In this document: positions 40,008-49,663 of the stretch, piece after piece
Layout of the letters: the number at the start of each line of letters is the position of its first letter
Numbering within the stretch: the stretch's first letter is position 1
Virus record (IMG/VR): IMGVR_UViG_3300044984_001443
Coordinates: 5,608-69,607 of that record
Source of the DNA: a virus
DNA: 64,000 nt
Strand: one strand, 5' to 3'
Notes under the pieces: model-generated
Told to the model about the DNA's origin: nothing
What the model saw: the letters and a program-made list of their open reading frames with translations, nothing else
The model's database searches: none
Translations under genes and position numbers: made by a program

Positions 40008-40223
40008 AGACTTTGCTGGCAGGCTGACAATCCTACTGTCGTTAACGGAGCATTCTGCACCTGACTTGTCTAACGGTGTGGCGTTAGTTGTGGAACGTAG
40101 ATCCGGGGCGAGCATAGCCCGATTGGTCACAACGAGTGCCGACTGACCGGCGTAAGCGGTCATTCTTCAGACTGTGGCAAGTTTGGAGTCTCTCCCTTAA
40201 TTGCCAATCAAAAGGAGCCGATC

Positions 40224-41009
40224 ATGGCGAAAACCGAAGTTGCTGTAAAAGAAAACACCGCTGTTGCAATTGCTGATGATGTCTATTCGCAGGACGCTGG
40301 AAGTGGTTTTGAGGAAACGTCGCAAGAAAGTTATGCGATTCCGTTTCTGAGTATCCTTCAGTCCGGTAGCCCGCAAGTCAAGAAGTCTGATGGGGCATAT
40401 ATCAAAGGTGCTGAAGAAGGTATGCTATTCAACTCTGTCACCCAGGAATGCTACGGTGAAGAAGGTGTTGAGGTCATCCCCTGTCACTACACGCAACGCT
40501 TTATTGAATGGGGTACGCGTGAATCCGGTGGCGGTTTCTTTGGTGAGCACCTACCATCTGATCCGATTTGCAGCACTACGACTCGTGACGAAAAAGGTCG
40601 CAACCTGTTGCCGAACGGCCATGCTCTCAATGACACGCGCAATCACTACGTCCTGATTCGCCGCAATGGTCAGTTGTCGCCGGCCATCATGAGCTTGAGT
40701 TCCACCCAAATCAAAGCATCCAAGCAGTGGATGTCGATGATGCAAGGTATCAAGCAAAAGAACCCGGCGACAGGTATGTTTGAAATTGCACCGATGTTCA
40801 GCCATGCGTACAAAATCAACACCGTTGCTCAGTCTAACGACAAAGGTTCTTGGTTTGGTTACAAGTTTGCAATGGTCGGTAAGGTGACTGATCAGGCTGA
40901 GTACGAGGAAGCCAAACAGTTCAACCACATTGTCAAGTCTGGTTTGGCAAAGGTCGAGCGCAAGATGGAAACTGAGGCTGCGAGCAATACTGCGACTGAG
41001 AAGTTCTAA
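40224..41009 (+). CDS. putative ssDNA-binding/recombination protein
   Basis: DAGSGFE...YAIPFLSILQSGSPQV, SSTQIKASKQW, SNDKGSWFG; acidic C-tail ending in F; strong codon bias. Confidence 0.65.
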   Translation: MAKTEVAVKENTAVAIADDVYSQDAGSGFEETSQESYAIPFLSILQSGSPQVKKSDGAYIKGAEEGMLFNSVTQECYGEEGVEVIPCHYTQRFIEWGTRESGGGFFGEHLPSDPICSTTTRDEKGRNLLPNGHALNDTRNHYVLIRRNGQLSPAIMSLSSTQIKASKQWMSMMQGIKQKNPATGMFEIAPMFSHAYKINTVAQSNDKGSWFGYKFAMVGKVTDQAEYEEAKQFNHIVKSGLAKVERKMETEAASNTATEKF

Positions 41010-41068
41010 TCAGGTGTAAGGGTTAAAGGTTCACTAACCTTCGAGCGGGTGAAAAGCCCGTACGAATA

Positions 41069-41097
41069 TTGCAGTGTTACCGGGCAGGGTGTAAAGT
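41069..41097 (+). promoter_or_regulatory. sigma70-like promoter TTGCAG-17-TAAAGT, -10 inside an inverted repeat
   Basis: hexamers; CGGGCAGG/CCTGCCCG arms 41081-41110. Confidence 0.55.
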
Positions 41098-41142
41098 AAT
41101 AGCCTGCCCGCTATAGGGGTCACATAGAAAATAAAGGCACGA

Positions 41143-42651
41143 GTGATGAGTCTTGCAGAACGCTTTTTCAATATCTACGGCGGTTTAGATCGGGCAAGAG
41201 GTAAGAATAAAACAACTGCAAAAGTTGGTAAGAATGGTAAGCGGGATTCAAGTAATCAAACCTTACGCGAACCTTACGATGTCAGGTGTTGGGATCGTCA
41301 TCTCAACGGTGAAGAAGGTCTCGGTGTTATTCCGATTACTGACAATGCGACCTGTAATTGGGGCGCAATTGACGTAGACATCTACCCGCTTGATCTGGTT
41401 GAACTTGAAGCTAAGATCAACGGTTTAGAACTCCCATTCGTTGTTCTTAAAACCAAATCAGGTGGGGCACATCTTACAGCATATTTCAAAGAGTTCCAAT
41501 CGTGTGCTGAAGTACGGGCAAAGATGGCCGAGGCCAGTTTTGCTTTAGGACTTGGAGAACGTGAGTTCTATCCAAAGCAGGTCAAGTTAGCGAACTCAAG
41601 TGACATTGGAAACTGGCTAAACATGCCATATTTTCAAGGCGCATTGACCGAACGCTATGCAATTATCAATGGTAAGCCCGCCACACCGGAACAGTTCCTT
41701 GACTACGTTGATTCAATCCGTTTAGATGCAGTAATTGACTTCGTTGTACCAGAGACAACTTCAGAGTTCTCAGACGGCCCGCCTTGCTTGCAAGCGATCA
41801 CAAGTTCAAAAGCGGGTGAAGGTGAGCGTAATACCGTCCTGTTCAATATCGGTGTCTACTGCCGAGCCAAATTTGAATCAAGTTGGGAAGACAAACTCAG
41901 CGAGTTCAATCATCAATTTGTAGCACCTCCATTAAACCATCGTGAAGTTACGGCGATTGTAAAGTCACTTGAGAAAAAGAATTATGCGTACACTTGTAAC
42001 AACGTTCCTCTATGCAATAACTGCAATCGAGAGACGTGTAAGGGTAGAGATTATGGAATTCACGCTTTTCAGCATATTGATGTTGGTATCGCATTAGACA
42101 GCATTACCAAGATGAACTCAGAGCCACCGATGTGGATTCTGTCAATTGAGGGTGTGCGTACTGAGGTAGAAACAGAAGATATATTGTCGCAAGAACGTTT
42201 CAAGATCGTTTGCGTAAACACCATAAACAAGATCCCAGGTAAGATGAAGGCCGAAGAATGGGATAAATTTATGCGGAACAAGTTGTCAACCATAGAGATT
42301 ATAGAAGTACCTAAAGAAACGCGCATGAGCGATCGTATTACAGATCACTTGACACGCTACTTTGCAACGACTCCGCCGGCAAGGTCTCCAACCGACATTA
42401 ATATTGGTCGTTGGGTTGACGAACCAGATGGTTACTATACTCGAGGTTCTGACTTTATGGACTACCTTAGAAGGCAGAACATTGAATTTGATGCTCGTAA
42501 AGTCTGGGTACTGATGATGGACTTAGGTGTAAAACCGATATATTATAGGAAAAATGAATGTTGGATTGTACCAAAAGAAGTGTATGACCCAAACGGCAAA
42601 GAAAAGAAGTTATCACTCCCACCAAAGGACATAAAGCATGAGGATTTCTGA
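41143..42651 (+). CDS. AEP-superfamily primase with PriCT-like domain
   Basis: WGAIDVD, KTKSGGAH, GNWLNMPY, GPPCL, GEGERN. Confidence 0.85.
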   Translation: MMSLAERFFNIYGGLDRARGKNKTTAKVGKNGKRDSSNQTLREPYDVRCWDRHLNGEEGLGVIPITDNATCNWGAIDVDIYPLDLVELEAKINGLELPFVVLKTKSGGAHLTAYFKEFQSCAEVRAKMAEASFALGLGEREFYPKQVKLANSSDIGNWLNMPYFQGALTERYAIINGKPATPEQFLDYVDSIRLDAVIDFVVPETTSEFSDGPPCLQAITSSKAGEGERNTVLFNIGVYCRAKFESSWEDKLSEFNHQFVAPPLNHREVTAIVKSLEKKNYAYTCNNVPLCNNCNRETCKGRDYGIHAFQHIDVGIALDSITKMNSEPPMWILSIEGVRTEVETEDILSQERFKIVCVNTINKIPGKMKAEEWDKFMRNKLSTIEIIEVPKETRMSDRITDHLTRYFATTPPARSPTDINIGRWVDEPDGYYTRGSDFMDYLRRQNIEFDARKVWVLMMDLGVKPIYYRKNECWIVPKEVYDPNGKEKKLSLPPKDIKHEDF

Positions 42652-44170
42652 TAATCAGTCGTTGATACTTGGCCCTCCAGGATGCGGCAAAACGACGAAA
42701 GTGTTGAGTGAGATCGACACGTTGTTGCAAGCTGGGGAATCACCTGACAGAATAGCATTTGTCAGTTTTACAAAGAAGGCGATTGCAGAGGCAACGGGCA
42801 GAGCAGGTGAAAAGTTCAATCTCAAACCGCGTCAATTGCCGATGTTCAAAACGGTTCACGCAATGTGCTTCGCCGGACTTGGCATAGGTAAGAATGATGT
42901 CGTTGGTAAGGAACATTATAGAGAACTTGGAGAATGGTTAGGTTATCGGTTTGAAGGTACTTGGGATGAAAGTGAAGGAATTCCAGTTGGCAGTGAAAAA
43001 GGCGACACGCTTTTGTTCCTGGATAATCTTGCGCGGATTACACAGAAACCGCTTCGGGAAGTATGGGAAGAGAATTACCACGAATGTGAGTGGGAAGAAT
43101 TAGAACGCTTCCAAGAAGGTTATCAAGACTTCAAGTCCAGCAAGTATGTCATGGACTTTACCGACATGTTGTCTGCTTATATTGCGATGTGCGACCCATC
43201 TCCGGCGCGGCAGGTGATTGTTGATGAAGCGCAGGACTTATCTTCACTCCAATGGTCTGTTTTGAAACACGCTTACGGCAATGTTCGGAAAACGATAATT
43301 GCTGGTGACGATGATCAAAGTATCTACAAATGGTCTGGCGCGGATGTTAATGCGTTTCTTGCATTAGAAGGTGACAAAACTATTCTGAGCAAGTCGTACC
43401 GTCTGCCGCGTTCTGTTCATGAAATTGCCAACGGTATAGTTCAGAAGATTGAGAACCGCTTTGACAAACCGTTTGACCCGCGTGATTCAGAAGGTGAAGT
43501 CAATTTCATGACCTCACTTGAAGAAGTTACAGTGGGTGACGAAAGTACATTGTTCCTTGTTCGCAATACTTATCTTGCAAGGCGTGTGCAAGATTACATG
43601 CACCGAATGGGTATCCCTTATACGAACAAGTATGGTTTCTCATCAGTACGTTCGGCGCATATCAAAGCTATTGAAGGTGTGGAGAAGCTGCGTAAGGCTG
43701 AACCAGCAACGGGTGCAGAAGTCAAGGCAATGTATGACAATATGCGAATTGGTGAATACCTAGCTCGCGGCTTTAAGGTCAAGGTTGCCAACCTCAAAGA
43801 TACCGATCTATTTAGCTTTGCAGAACTGCGAAATAATTTTGGCCTATTAGACATAAGTTTATGGCAAAATGTACTTAGCGGTATTGGTGACGACCTTATA
43901 GCCTATTATCAAAGATTGAAAGCAAATGGTTACAATCTTGATTCAAAACCCAACTGTTCAATATCAACAATTCATGCTGCAAAAGGAGGTGAAGCTGATC
44001 ATGTGGTCCTTCTTTCAGACATGGCTTACCGTTCTCACCAAGAATATGTGAAGCAGCCAGACAATGAACGTCGGGTTGCTTATGTTGGTGTAACAAGAGC
44101 AAAGGAAAAACTGACCATCGTTCTTCCTTCTTCAAAACTTTTCTACGATTACTACGGAGAGAGTCAATGA
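42638..44170 (+). CDS. UvrD/Rep-like superfamily 1 helicase
   Basis: GPPGCGKTT, VDEAQDLS, AGDDDQSIY, KSYRLP, STIHAAKGGEAD, YVGVTRA. Confidence 0.92.
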   Translation: MRISDNQSLILGPPGCGKTTKVLSEIDTLLQAGESPDRIAFVSFTKKAIAEATGRAGEKFNLKPRQLPMFKTVHAMCFAGLGIGKNDVVGKEHYRELGEWLGYRFEGTWDESEGIPVGSEKGDTLLFLDNLARITQKPLREVWEENYHECEWEELERFQEGYQDFKSSKYVMDFTDMLSAYIAMCDPSPARQVIVDEAQDLSSLQWSVLKHAYGNVRKTIIAGDDDQSIYKWSGADVNAFLALEGDKTILSKSYRLPRSVHEIANGIVQKIENRFDKPFDPRDSEGEVNFMTSLEEVTVGDESTLFLVRNTYLARRVQDYMHRMGIPYTNKYGFSSVRSAHIKAIEGVEKLRKAEPATGAEVKAMYDNMRIGEYLARGFKVKVANLKDTDLFSFAELRNNFGLLDISLWQNVLSGIGDDLIAYYQRLKANGYNLDSKPNCSISTIHAAKGGEADHVVLLSDMAYRSHQEYVKQPDNERRVAYVGVTRAKEKLTIVLPSSKLFYDYYGESQ

Positions 44171-44280
44171 GCGAAGCGATAGCGATGTTGAAAGCGGTTT
44201 ATAATCGTCTTATAGAGTTACAAAGGTATGTTCCGGCAGCAGAAGTTAAACGAATTATCGAAAGGTTAGAAAATGACTGA
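44167..44280 (+). CDS. small hypothetical protein (37 aa)
   Basis: manual translation MSEAIAMLKAVYNRLIELQRYVPAAEVKRIIERLEND; GGAG RBS, overlaps on both sides. Confidence 0.5.
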   Translation: MSEAIAMLKAVYNRLIELQRYVPAAEVKRIIERLEND

Positions 44281-45130
44281 AATGGAAGAATTGTTCGTTT
44301 ATTGGGTCAAAGAACGTGAAGCAATCCGTGTCAAGAAAGAAGCGGGTGAGCCAAAACCTTGGACTGATGACCCTATTTTCCAGACTTACAAGTTCACAAA
44401 TGTAAGGCGTGAAGATGATACGGTCAGCAAGTGGATCACTGAAAACTGGATTGAGCCGAACGACCCGCATCCGAACATGTGGTTTGCGATGATCGTTGCA
44501 CGTTTGTTCAATTGGCCTCCGACACTTGAAGAGATTTGTTTCCCGCAAATCACCTTTCCAGAACTTAAAGAAAAGTGGCGGCGCAATCTCAAAGGTCTGC
44601 GTGACATTGGTAAAGAGAAGATCTTCACAGGGGCATATCTTGTTTCAACCAACGGTGTGAAGATGGACAAGATTGATTACATTCTTGACCGCGTGTTGAC
44701 TCCGATATGGGAGAAGGGTCGTGCTCCTAAGATACAGTTGCTAAATGAAAATAAACCAGAATCACTCGAAGGATACTGGACACACTTGCGCCAATTCGAC
44801 GGTCTCGGTAGTTTCATGGCAGGGCAGGTGATTGCAGACTTGAAGTTTACTTCTGAACTCAAAGATGCACCAGACTGGTGGACTTGGGCACCCCTTGGAC
44901 CGGGTTCAATTCGTGGTTTGAATCGTTTTCACGGTCGCCCCGTTGATAAATCGTTGCGCCAAGACAAAGGGCTAGAAGAAATTCGTGAAGCACAGCGATT
45001 GTTGTACGACGAACTTGAATGGCATCTTCCGGCGCACAACATACAGAACTGCTTTTGCGAATTTGACAAATACCTTCGCGTCAAGAACGGCGAAGGTCGT
45101 CCCCGTTCACTTTACCCAGGAGTTAAGTAA
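44273..45130 (+). CDS. aGPT-Pplase1-family DNA base-hypermodification protein (HhH-glycosylase-like fold)
   Basis: EREAIR.KKEAGEPKPWTDDPI.QTYKFTNVRREDD, RLFNWP.TL, GLGSFMAGQVIADL, GPGSIRGLNR, QNCFCEFDKY. Confidence 0.85.
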   Translation: MTEMEELFVYWVKEREAIRVKKEAGEPKPWTDDPIFQTYKFTNVRREDDTVSKWITENWIEPNDPHPNMWFAMIVARLFNWPPTLEEICFPQITFPELKEKWRRNLKGLRDIGKEKIFTGAYLVSTNGVKMDKIDYILDRVLTPIWEKGRAPKIQLLNENKPESLEGYWTHLRQFDGLGSFMAGQVIADLKFTSELKDAPDWWTWAPLGPGSIRGLNRFHGRPVDKSLRQDKGLEEIREAQRLLYDELEWHLPAHNIQNCFCEFDKYLRVKNGEGRPRSLYPGVK

Positions 45131-45468
45131 TGACAATGCAAATCAAAGTTTGCGGTTTACCGTTTGATGTCAACTTTGTTGAAGGTGGTCATGCCGTAAG
45201 TCACAATAAAGAACGTATCCATCTATACGGCGAAGTGTCTTACGAAAATGAGTCAATTCGCATTGACAATACCAAATCGTTGCAGATGATGAACCAAACG
45301 TTCTGGCATGAAGTTATGCACGTTATTGTCGAACGTATGAGTATTCGTGAGTTAATGACTCAAGACAATTGTCACCTTGAAGTACCGATTGATCAAATTG
45401 CCCTCGGTATCTTCACTGTTTTGAATAGTATCGATAAAGATGTAATTGTCTACAAGGAGGAAGCATAA
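45130..45468 (+). CDS. HEXXH zincin-like protein
   Basis: YGEVSY..ESIRID...QTFWHEVMH. Confidence 0.6.
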   Translation: MTMQIKVCGLPFDVNFVEGGHAVSHNKERIHLYGEVSYENESIRIDNTKSLQMMNQTFWHEVMHVIVERMSIRELMTQDNCHLEVPIDQIALGIFTVLNSIDKDVIVYKEEA

Positions 45469-46434
45469 ATGCTAGTTATCCGTGGTCAAAATGTAAACGA
45501 TATCTTGCCAGTCGGCATCATGCACTTGAAGAATGGAGAAAAACGTGACTCAAGAAACGGACCGGTCCTCGAAATCCCAACAACTGTTGCAGTGCATTAC
45601 GACTATCCCGATGAACGTGTCCTCTTCGAGCCTTTGCGAGACGCCAACCCCTTCTTTCATCTCTTCGAAAGTCTCTGGATGCTCGCTGGACGCAACGATG
45701 TGGGATTCCTTAATGAATACAACTCAAGAATGGCGCAGTACAGCGATGACGGGCAAGGATTCAATGCTGCCTACGGGCAAAGACTTCGTTCCGGATTTGG
45801 CTATGATCAACTTGATGAAGTCATTAAACGTCTCAGAAAAGATCCCGACGATAGACAGGTCGTACTTCAAATATGGGATACCGCTGACCTTACAAAAGAC
45901 ACTAAAGATAAAGCCTGTAACCTAGTTATCACCCCGCGCATCCGTAACGGCAAACTCGACTGGACAGTGTTCAATCGTAGCAATGATTATTTGCTCGGCA
46001 TGACCGGAGCTAATGTCGTTCACATGTCGATCATTCAAGAATATGTTGCTCGTATGATCGGTGTGCCAATGGGCAGCTACGAGCAGATCAGCAATTGTCT
46101 ACACGTTTATACAGAACTGACGCCGCATTGGGAGAAGATGAAAGACCTACCTTTGACCGTTGACTGCCCTTACAAATCTGCCCGCGTTACACCGTTCCCA
46201 TTGATAACCAACAAAGAAAGTTGGATGTCAGATCTGTACACTTGGATGGACAAGCTGTGGGGCGGACAGGTTTACGTTGATCCGTTCTTTAACTACGTTG
46301 CGAAGCCGATGGCTATCGCGCACCGGGCACACAAGGATGGGCGCAACGGGTTACAATATGTAAACGCTATACAGGCAACCGACTGGAGATTAGCTTGTGA
46401 ACAATGGCTTACTCGCCGTGAATCAAGTGTTTGA
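45469..46434 (+). CDS. thymidylate synthase-family enzyme, probably dUMP hydroxymethylase
   Basis: SRNGPV, RDANPFFHLFESLWMLAGRND, AYGQRLR, KDKACN (catalytic Cys), NRSND..LG..GANVVH (Asn at the dUMP-specificity position). Confidence 0.85.
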   Translation: MLVIRGQNVNDILPVGIMHLKNGEKRDSRNGPVLEIPTTVAVHYDYPDERVLFEPLRDANPFFHLFESLWMLAGRNDVGFLNEYNSRMAQYSDDGQGFNAAYGQRLRSGFGYDQLDEVIKRLRKDPDDRQVVLQIWDTADLTKDTKDKACNLVITPRIRNGKLDWTVFNRSNDYLLGMTGANVVHMSIIQEYVARMIGVPMGSYEQISNCLHVYTELTPHWEKMKDLPLTVDCPYKSARVTPFPLITNKESWMSDLYTWMDKLWGGQVYVDPFFNYVAKPMAIAHRAHKDGRNGLQYVNAIQATDWRLACEQWLTRRESSV

Positions 46435-46504
46435 AGATTGTATGCAAAACATTTCAAACACAATTGAAAAGAATATTAACAACACCCTCGCTAAAGGACC
46501 ATTT

Positions 46505-47035
46505 ATGTCAGCAAATGATAAGCAAATCGGCGGCAACCACTATGATAAAAGTGGTGAGCAACATTGGGATCGTATGTTCCGCTTGTATGGACGAGGTTAT
46601 TTTGTCGGATGTTCGACAGGTTATATTGAACGTTACCATTTGAAGAACGGTAAGCAAGATCTTAAGAAAGCCATCCACTTCATTCAGAAGTTGATTGAAC
46701 TTGAGTATCCTGAAGAGAAGGAAAAAGGTTTAGATATAGCTTTGAAAGAACCTGCTAACTGGGATGAATTCTACGCAAAACAGAGTTCCGAACCGATTTC
46801 CGATATTCTTAAAGAATTGGATAGTATGGCGAGAGAAGTTGCAGGTATTCCCGACCATCTCAAAGAGTTCGTTCCTACCGACCGGCAGAAAGAAGTCGCT
46901 GCAAAGTTCGAAGATCTACGCGAAAAACACATGAATGCCATCAGCCCGATGATGCAAAGAATCTTGGAAGATAAAGAATGGGACGTTGACGCCGATGAAC
47001 CGTTACCCAACGGTTATGTAAACCAAGACAAATAG
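46505..47035 (+). CDS. DUF3310-like protein
   Basis: ANDKQIGGNHY...QHWD...YIERY..KNG.QDLKKA.HFI.KLIE. Confidence 0.75.
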   Translation: MSANDKQIGGNHYDKSGEQHWDRMFRLYGRGYFVGCSTGYIERYHLKNGKQDLKKAIHFIQKLIELEYPEEKEKGLDIALKEPANWDEFYAKQSSEPISDILKELDSMAREVAGIPDHLKEFVPTDRQKEVAAKFEDLREKHMNAISPMMQRILEDKEWDVDADEPLPNGYVNQDK

Positions 47036-47047
47036 TTGTGGTAATAT
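47019..47047 (+). promoter_or_regulatory. extended -10 promoter TG-G-TAATAT followed by a hairpin
   Basis: TGTGGTAATAT; GTTGTGCCG/CGGCACAAC hairpin at 47051-47077; GA 15 nt upstream of -10. Confidence 0.5.
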
Positions 47048-47098
47048 GGGGTTGTGCCGTTTGTATAGCGGCACAACAACTAATCTTATAGGTGATAT

Positions 47099-47263
47099 AT
47101 GAAACATGAGCAAAGTTTGCAGTCGCAAGAAGACGAAGTTATCATTTGCCCAGAATGCGGGTCAGATGATGTTTCTCCGTTGCACTATCAAGGCGATTAC
47201 GCTGTTCCTGAAACGAACTACAATCATTGTAATGAATGCGGTTATTCTTGGGGGTACGAATGA
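47099..47263 (+). CDS. Zn-ribbon protein
   Basis: manual translation MKHEQ...CPECGSDDV...HCNECGYSWGYE. Confidence 0.6.
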   Translation: MKHEQSLQSQEDEVIICPECGSDDVSPLHYQGDYAVPETNYNHCNECGYSWGYE

Positions 47264-47484
47264 TGATCTGTCCACACTGCCACGCAGAAGTTGAAGGTAA
47301 ATGGGTTGACGAAGGTATCGGCGCTTACGAATATTGGGGCGCGAAAGGTAACGATGTGCAAATGGACTTTGTATGTGAAGAATGCGACGGTCAACTAGAA
47401 TCTGAGCAATCGTACAGCGATTACGTTTCTGACATGAAAGCTGACTACGAAATTGAATGTTACCGTGACCGGTGGGACATCTAA
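47260..47484 (+). CDS. Zn-finger protein
   Basis: CPHC...DEGIGAYEYWGAKG...CEEC. Confidence 0.65.
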   Translation: MMICPHCHAEVEGKWVDEGIGAYEYWGAKGNDVQMDFVCEECDGQLESEQSYSDYVSDMKADYEIECYRDRWDI

Positions 47485-47651
47485 TGCAAACCTTCTTACT
47501 GACCATAACACTGACGCAGTTACAGAAGGAACTTCTCCAGGAGATTGTTGAAAAAGAACTGATGAGTATCCAAAGTTCAAACCCTTGGCCCGGTGGAGGT
47601 AAATCTCAAGTAATTATGTCTTTAAAATTCTTACTGGCGAAACTTAAATGA
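47484..47651 (+). CDS. small hypothetical protein (55 aa)
   Basis: manual translation MQTFLLTITLTQLQKELLQEIVEKEL...; TAATG and ATGA overlaps on both sides. Confidence 0.5.
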   Translation: MQTFLLTITLTQLQKELLQEIVEKELMSIQSSNPWPGGGKSQVIMSLKFLLAKLK

Positions 47652-49663
47652 CCGACAAACTCTTCCTCGACCTTGAAGTTTATCCAAACTACTTCCTTGC
47701 CAAACTCATGAACGACGAAGGTCGTTTTCGTGAGTTTGAAATGTATGAAGGGCAGGGATTAGATGTTGTCAAACTTCGCGCACTGCTCAATTCTTACACT
47801 GTTGTCACCTTCAACGGAAATAATTACGATTGGCCGATTCTGTCACTTGCTTTGAACGGTGCTGATAACGAAGCATTGAAAGAAGCTTCCGACGCCATCA
47901 TTGTCAATGACATGAAACCTTGGAACTTCTACAAGCATTTCCGTTGCCAAGCGTTGAGCTATGACCACATTGACATCAAGGAAGTTGCACCCGGCGTCAT
48001 GGTCAGTTTGAAGTTGTATGCAGGGCGACTCCATGCACCAAAGATGCAAGACCTACCTTACGACCCTGATTCATTGTTGACACGTGAACAGATGCAAGCG
48101 GTCAACCTGTATTGTGGTAACGACTTGCATGTTACGAAGCAGTTGTTTGATGCAATCAAAGGGCGTGTGACGTTGCGGGAAACTATGTCAGCAGAATACC
48201 GTACTGACCTCCGCAGCAAGTCTGACGCCCAAGTGGCCGAGGCAGTAATCAAAACGGAACTATTCCGGTTGACCAATAAGAAACTTGTCAAACCTTCAGT
48301 AAAGGAAAAAGAATTCTTTTACAAGGTTCCGGAGTACATGAGTTTTCACACTGACCAGTTGAACAATGTGTTTGAAATGGTCAAACGCAGCCCTTTCACT
48401 GCCAAGACTAACGGTCAGATTGAGATGACCGAGGAACTTGCCAATACGCTGATTCACATCAATGGTACGACTTACAAGTTAGGCATCGGCGGTTTGCACA
48501 GTCAGGAAAGTGAGATCAGCTATCAAGCTGACGATGAGCACATGATCGTTGACCGTGACGTTACTTCGTATTACCCTAGCATCATTCTTAACCAAGGGTT
48601 GTATCCTGAAACCCTCGGTCCGCATCTGTTGGAAGTGTTCAAAGTTCTTGTTGACAGGCGCGTTGCTGCCAAGCGTAAGAACCGTGAACTTAAGAAGTTA
48701 GGTGTGAAGGGTCACACGTACAGAAGTTATTTAGAAAAGTCAAACAAAGATGACGCGTTTTCTTGTACAGAATATAAGGAACGCGTCTCACTCGAACAAG
48801 ACCTTGACTTCGACCGTTCTGTCACTGTTATGGATTCATTGCGAATTACTATTAACGGGGCATTCGGTAAGTTAGGTTCTGTTTACTCTGCATTGTATGC
48901 ACCTGACTTGATGATTCAAGTTACTGTTACCGGGCAATTGACATTGTTGATGTTGATTGAGCGTTTTGAAATGGCGGGCATTAAAGTCATCAGTGCAAAT
49001 ACTGACGGTATTGTGACCCGTTACCCGCGTTCACGGCATGAGGAAATCGCTGCACTTGTTAAGCAGTTTGAACAGGAGACGCAATTTGAATTTGAAGACA
49101 CGCACTATTCGGGACTATATTCGCGCGATGTCAATAACTACATCGCTATCAAGCCAGACGGCGAGGTTAAGACCAAAGGTACGTTCAAAGCAGGAGATCT
49201 TCAGAAGAATACTCAGAACGATATCTGCAACGAAGCGTTGATTGCTTACCTGAAAAACGGTACACCGATTGAAGAAACAATCCGCGCTTGCAAAGACATA
49301 CGAAAGTTTGTTACGGTGCGAACTGTGAAGGGTGGTGGTCAATTCAATCCTAAAGAAGAGCACCCTGTTGTCGCAGCCGTTCGCGCAGTTACAAGCGGCA
49401 AAGAACCACCTGTTCAGAAGTACCTCGGTAAAGTTGTCCGTTGGTACTACGGAACTGAAGACACCGGAACAATCAACTACGTCAAGTCAGGTAACAAAGT
49501 CCCACGAACAGATGGATGTGTGCCTTTGATGGATTTACCGCTTGACTTTCCTAGCAATGTAGACTATAATTTTTACATTAACGAGGTTAATGATTTGTTG
49601 ATGGATATAGGTTTAGTCGCCCGACCACCTGTAGTTAAGAAGACAAGGAGTAAGAAAGTATGA
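47648..49663 (+). CDS. family B-like DNA polymerase with 3'-5' exonuclease
   Basis: ExoI DLEVYPNYF, ExoII TFNGNNYD, ExoIII YCGND, motif A DVTSYYP, motif B RITINGAFGK, motif C NTDG. Confidence 0.92.
   Translation: MTDKLFLDLEVYPNYFLAKLMNDEGRFREFEMYEGQGLDVVKLRALLNSYTVVTFNGNNYDWPILSLALNGADNEALKEASDAIIVNDMKPWNFYKHFRCQALSYDHIDIKEVAPGVMVSLKLYAGRLHAPKMQDLPYDPDSLLTREQMQAVNLYCGNDLHVTKQLFDAIKGRVTLRETMSAEYRTDLRSKSDAQVAEAVIKTELFRLTNKKLVKPSVKEKEFFYKVPEYMSFHTDQLNNVFEMVKRSPFTAKTNGQIEMTEELANTLIHINGTTYKLGIGGLHSQESEISYQADDEHMIVDRDVTSYYPSIILNQGLYPETLGPHLLEVFKVLVDRRVAAKRKNRELKKLGVKGHTYRSYLEKSNKDDAFSCTEYKERVSLEQDLDFDRSVTVMDSLRITINGAFGKLGSVYSALYAPDLMIQVTVTGQLTLLMLIERFEMAGIKVISANTDGIVTRYPRSRHEEIAALVKQFEQETQFEFEDTHYSGLYSRDVNNYIAIKPDGEVKTKGTFKAGDLQKNTQNDICNEALIAYLKNGTPIEETIRACKDIRKFVTVRTVKGGGQFNPKEEHPVVAAVRAVTSGKEPPVQKYLGKVVRWYYGTEDTGTINYVKSGNKVPRTDGCVPLMDLPLDFPSNVDYNFYINEVNDLLMDIGLVARPPVVKKTRSKKV

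Noticed and set aside
47559-47643. CTGATGAG...GAAAC hammerhead-like core
   Set aside because: No convincing stems I-III, long spacing, and it lies within a coupled 55-aa ORF
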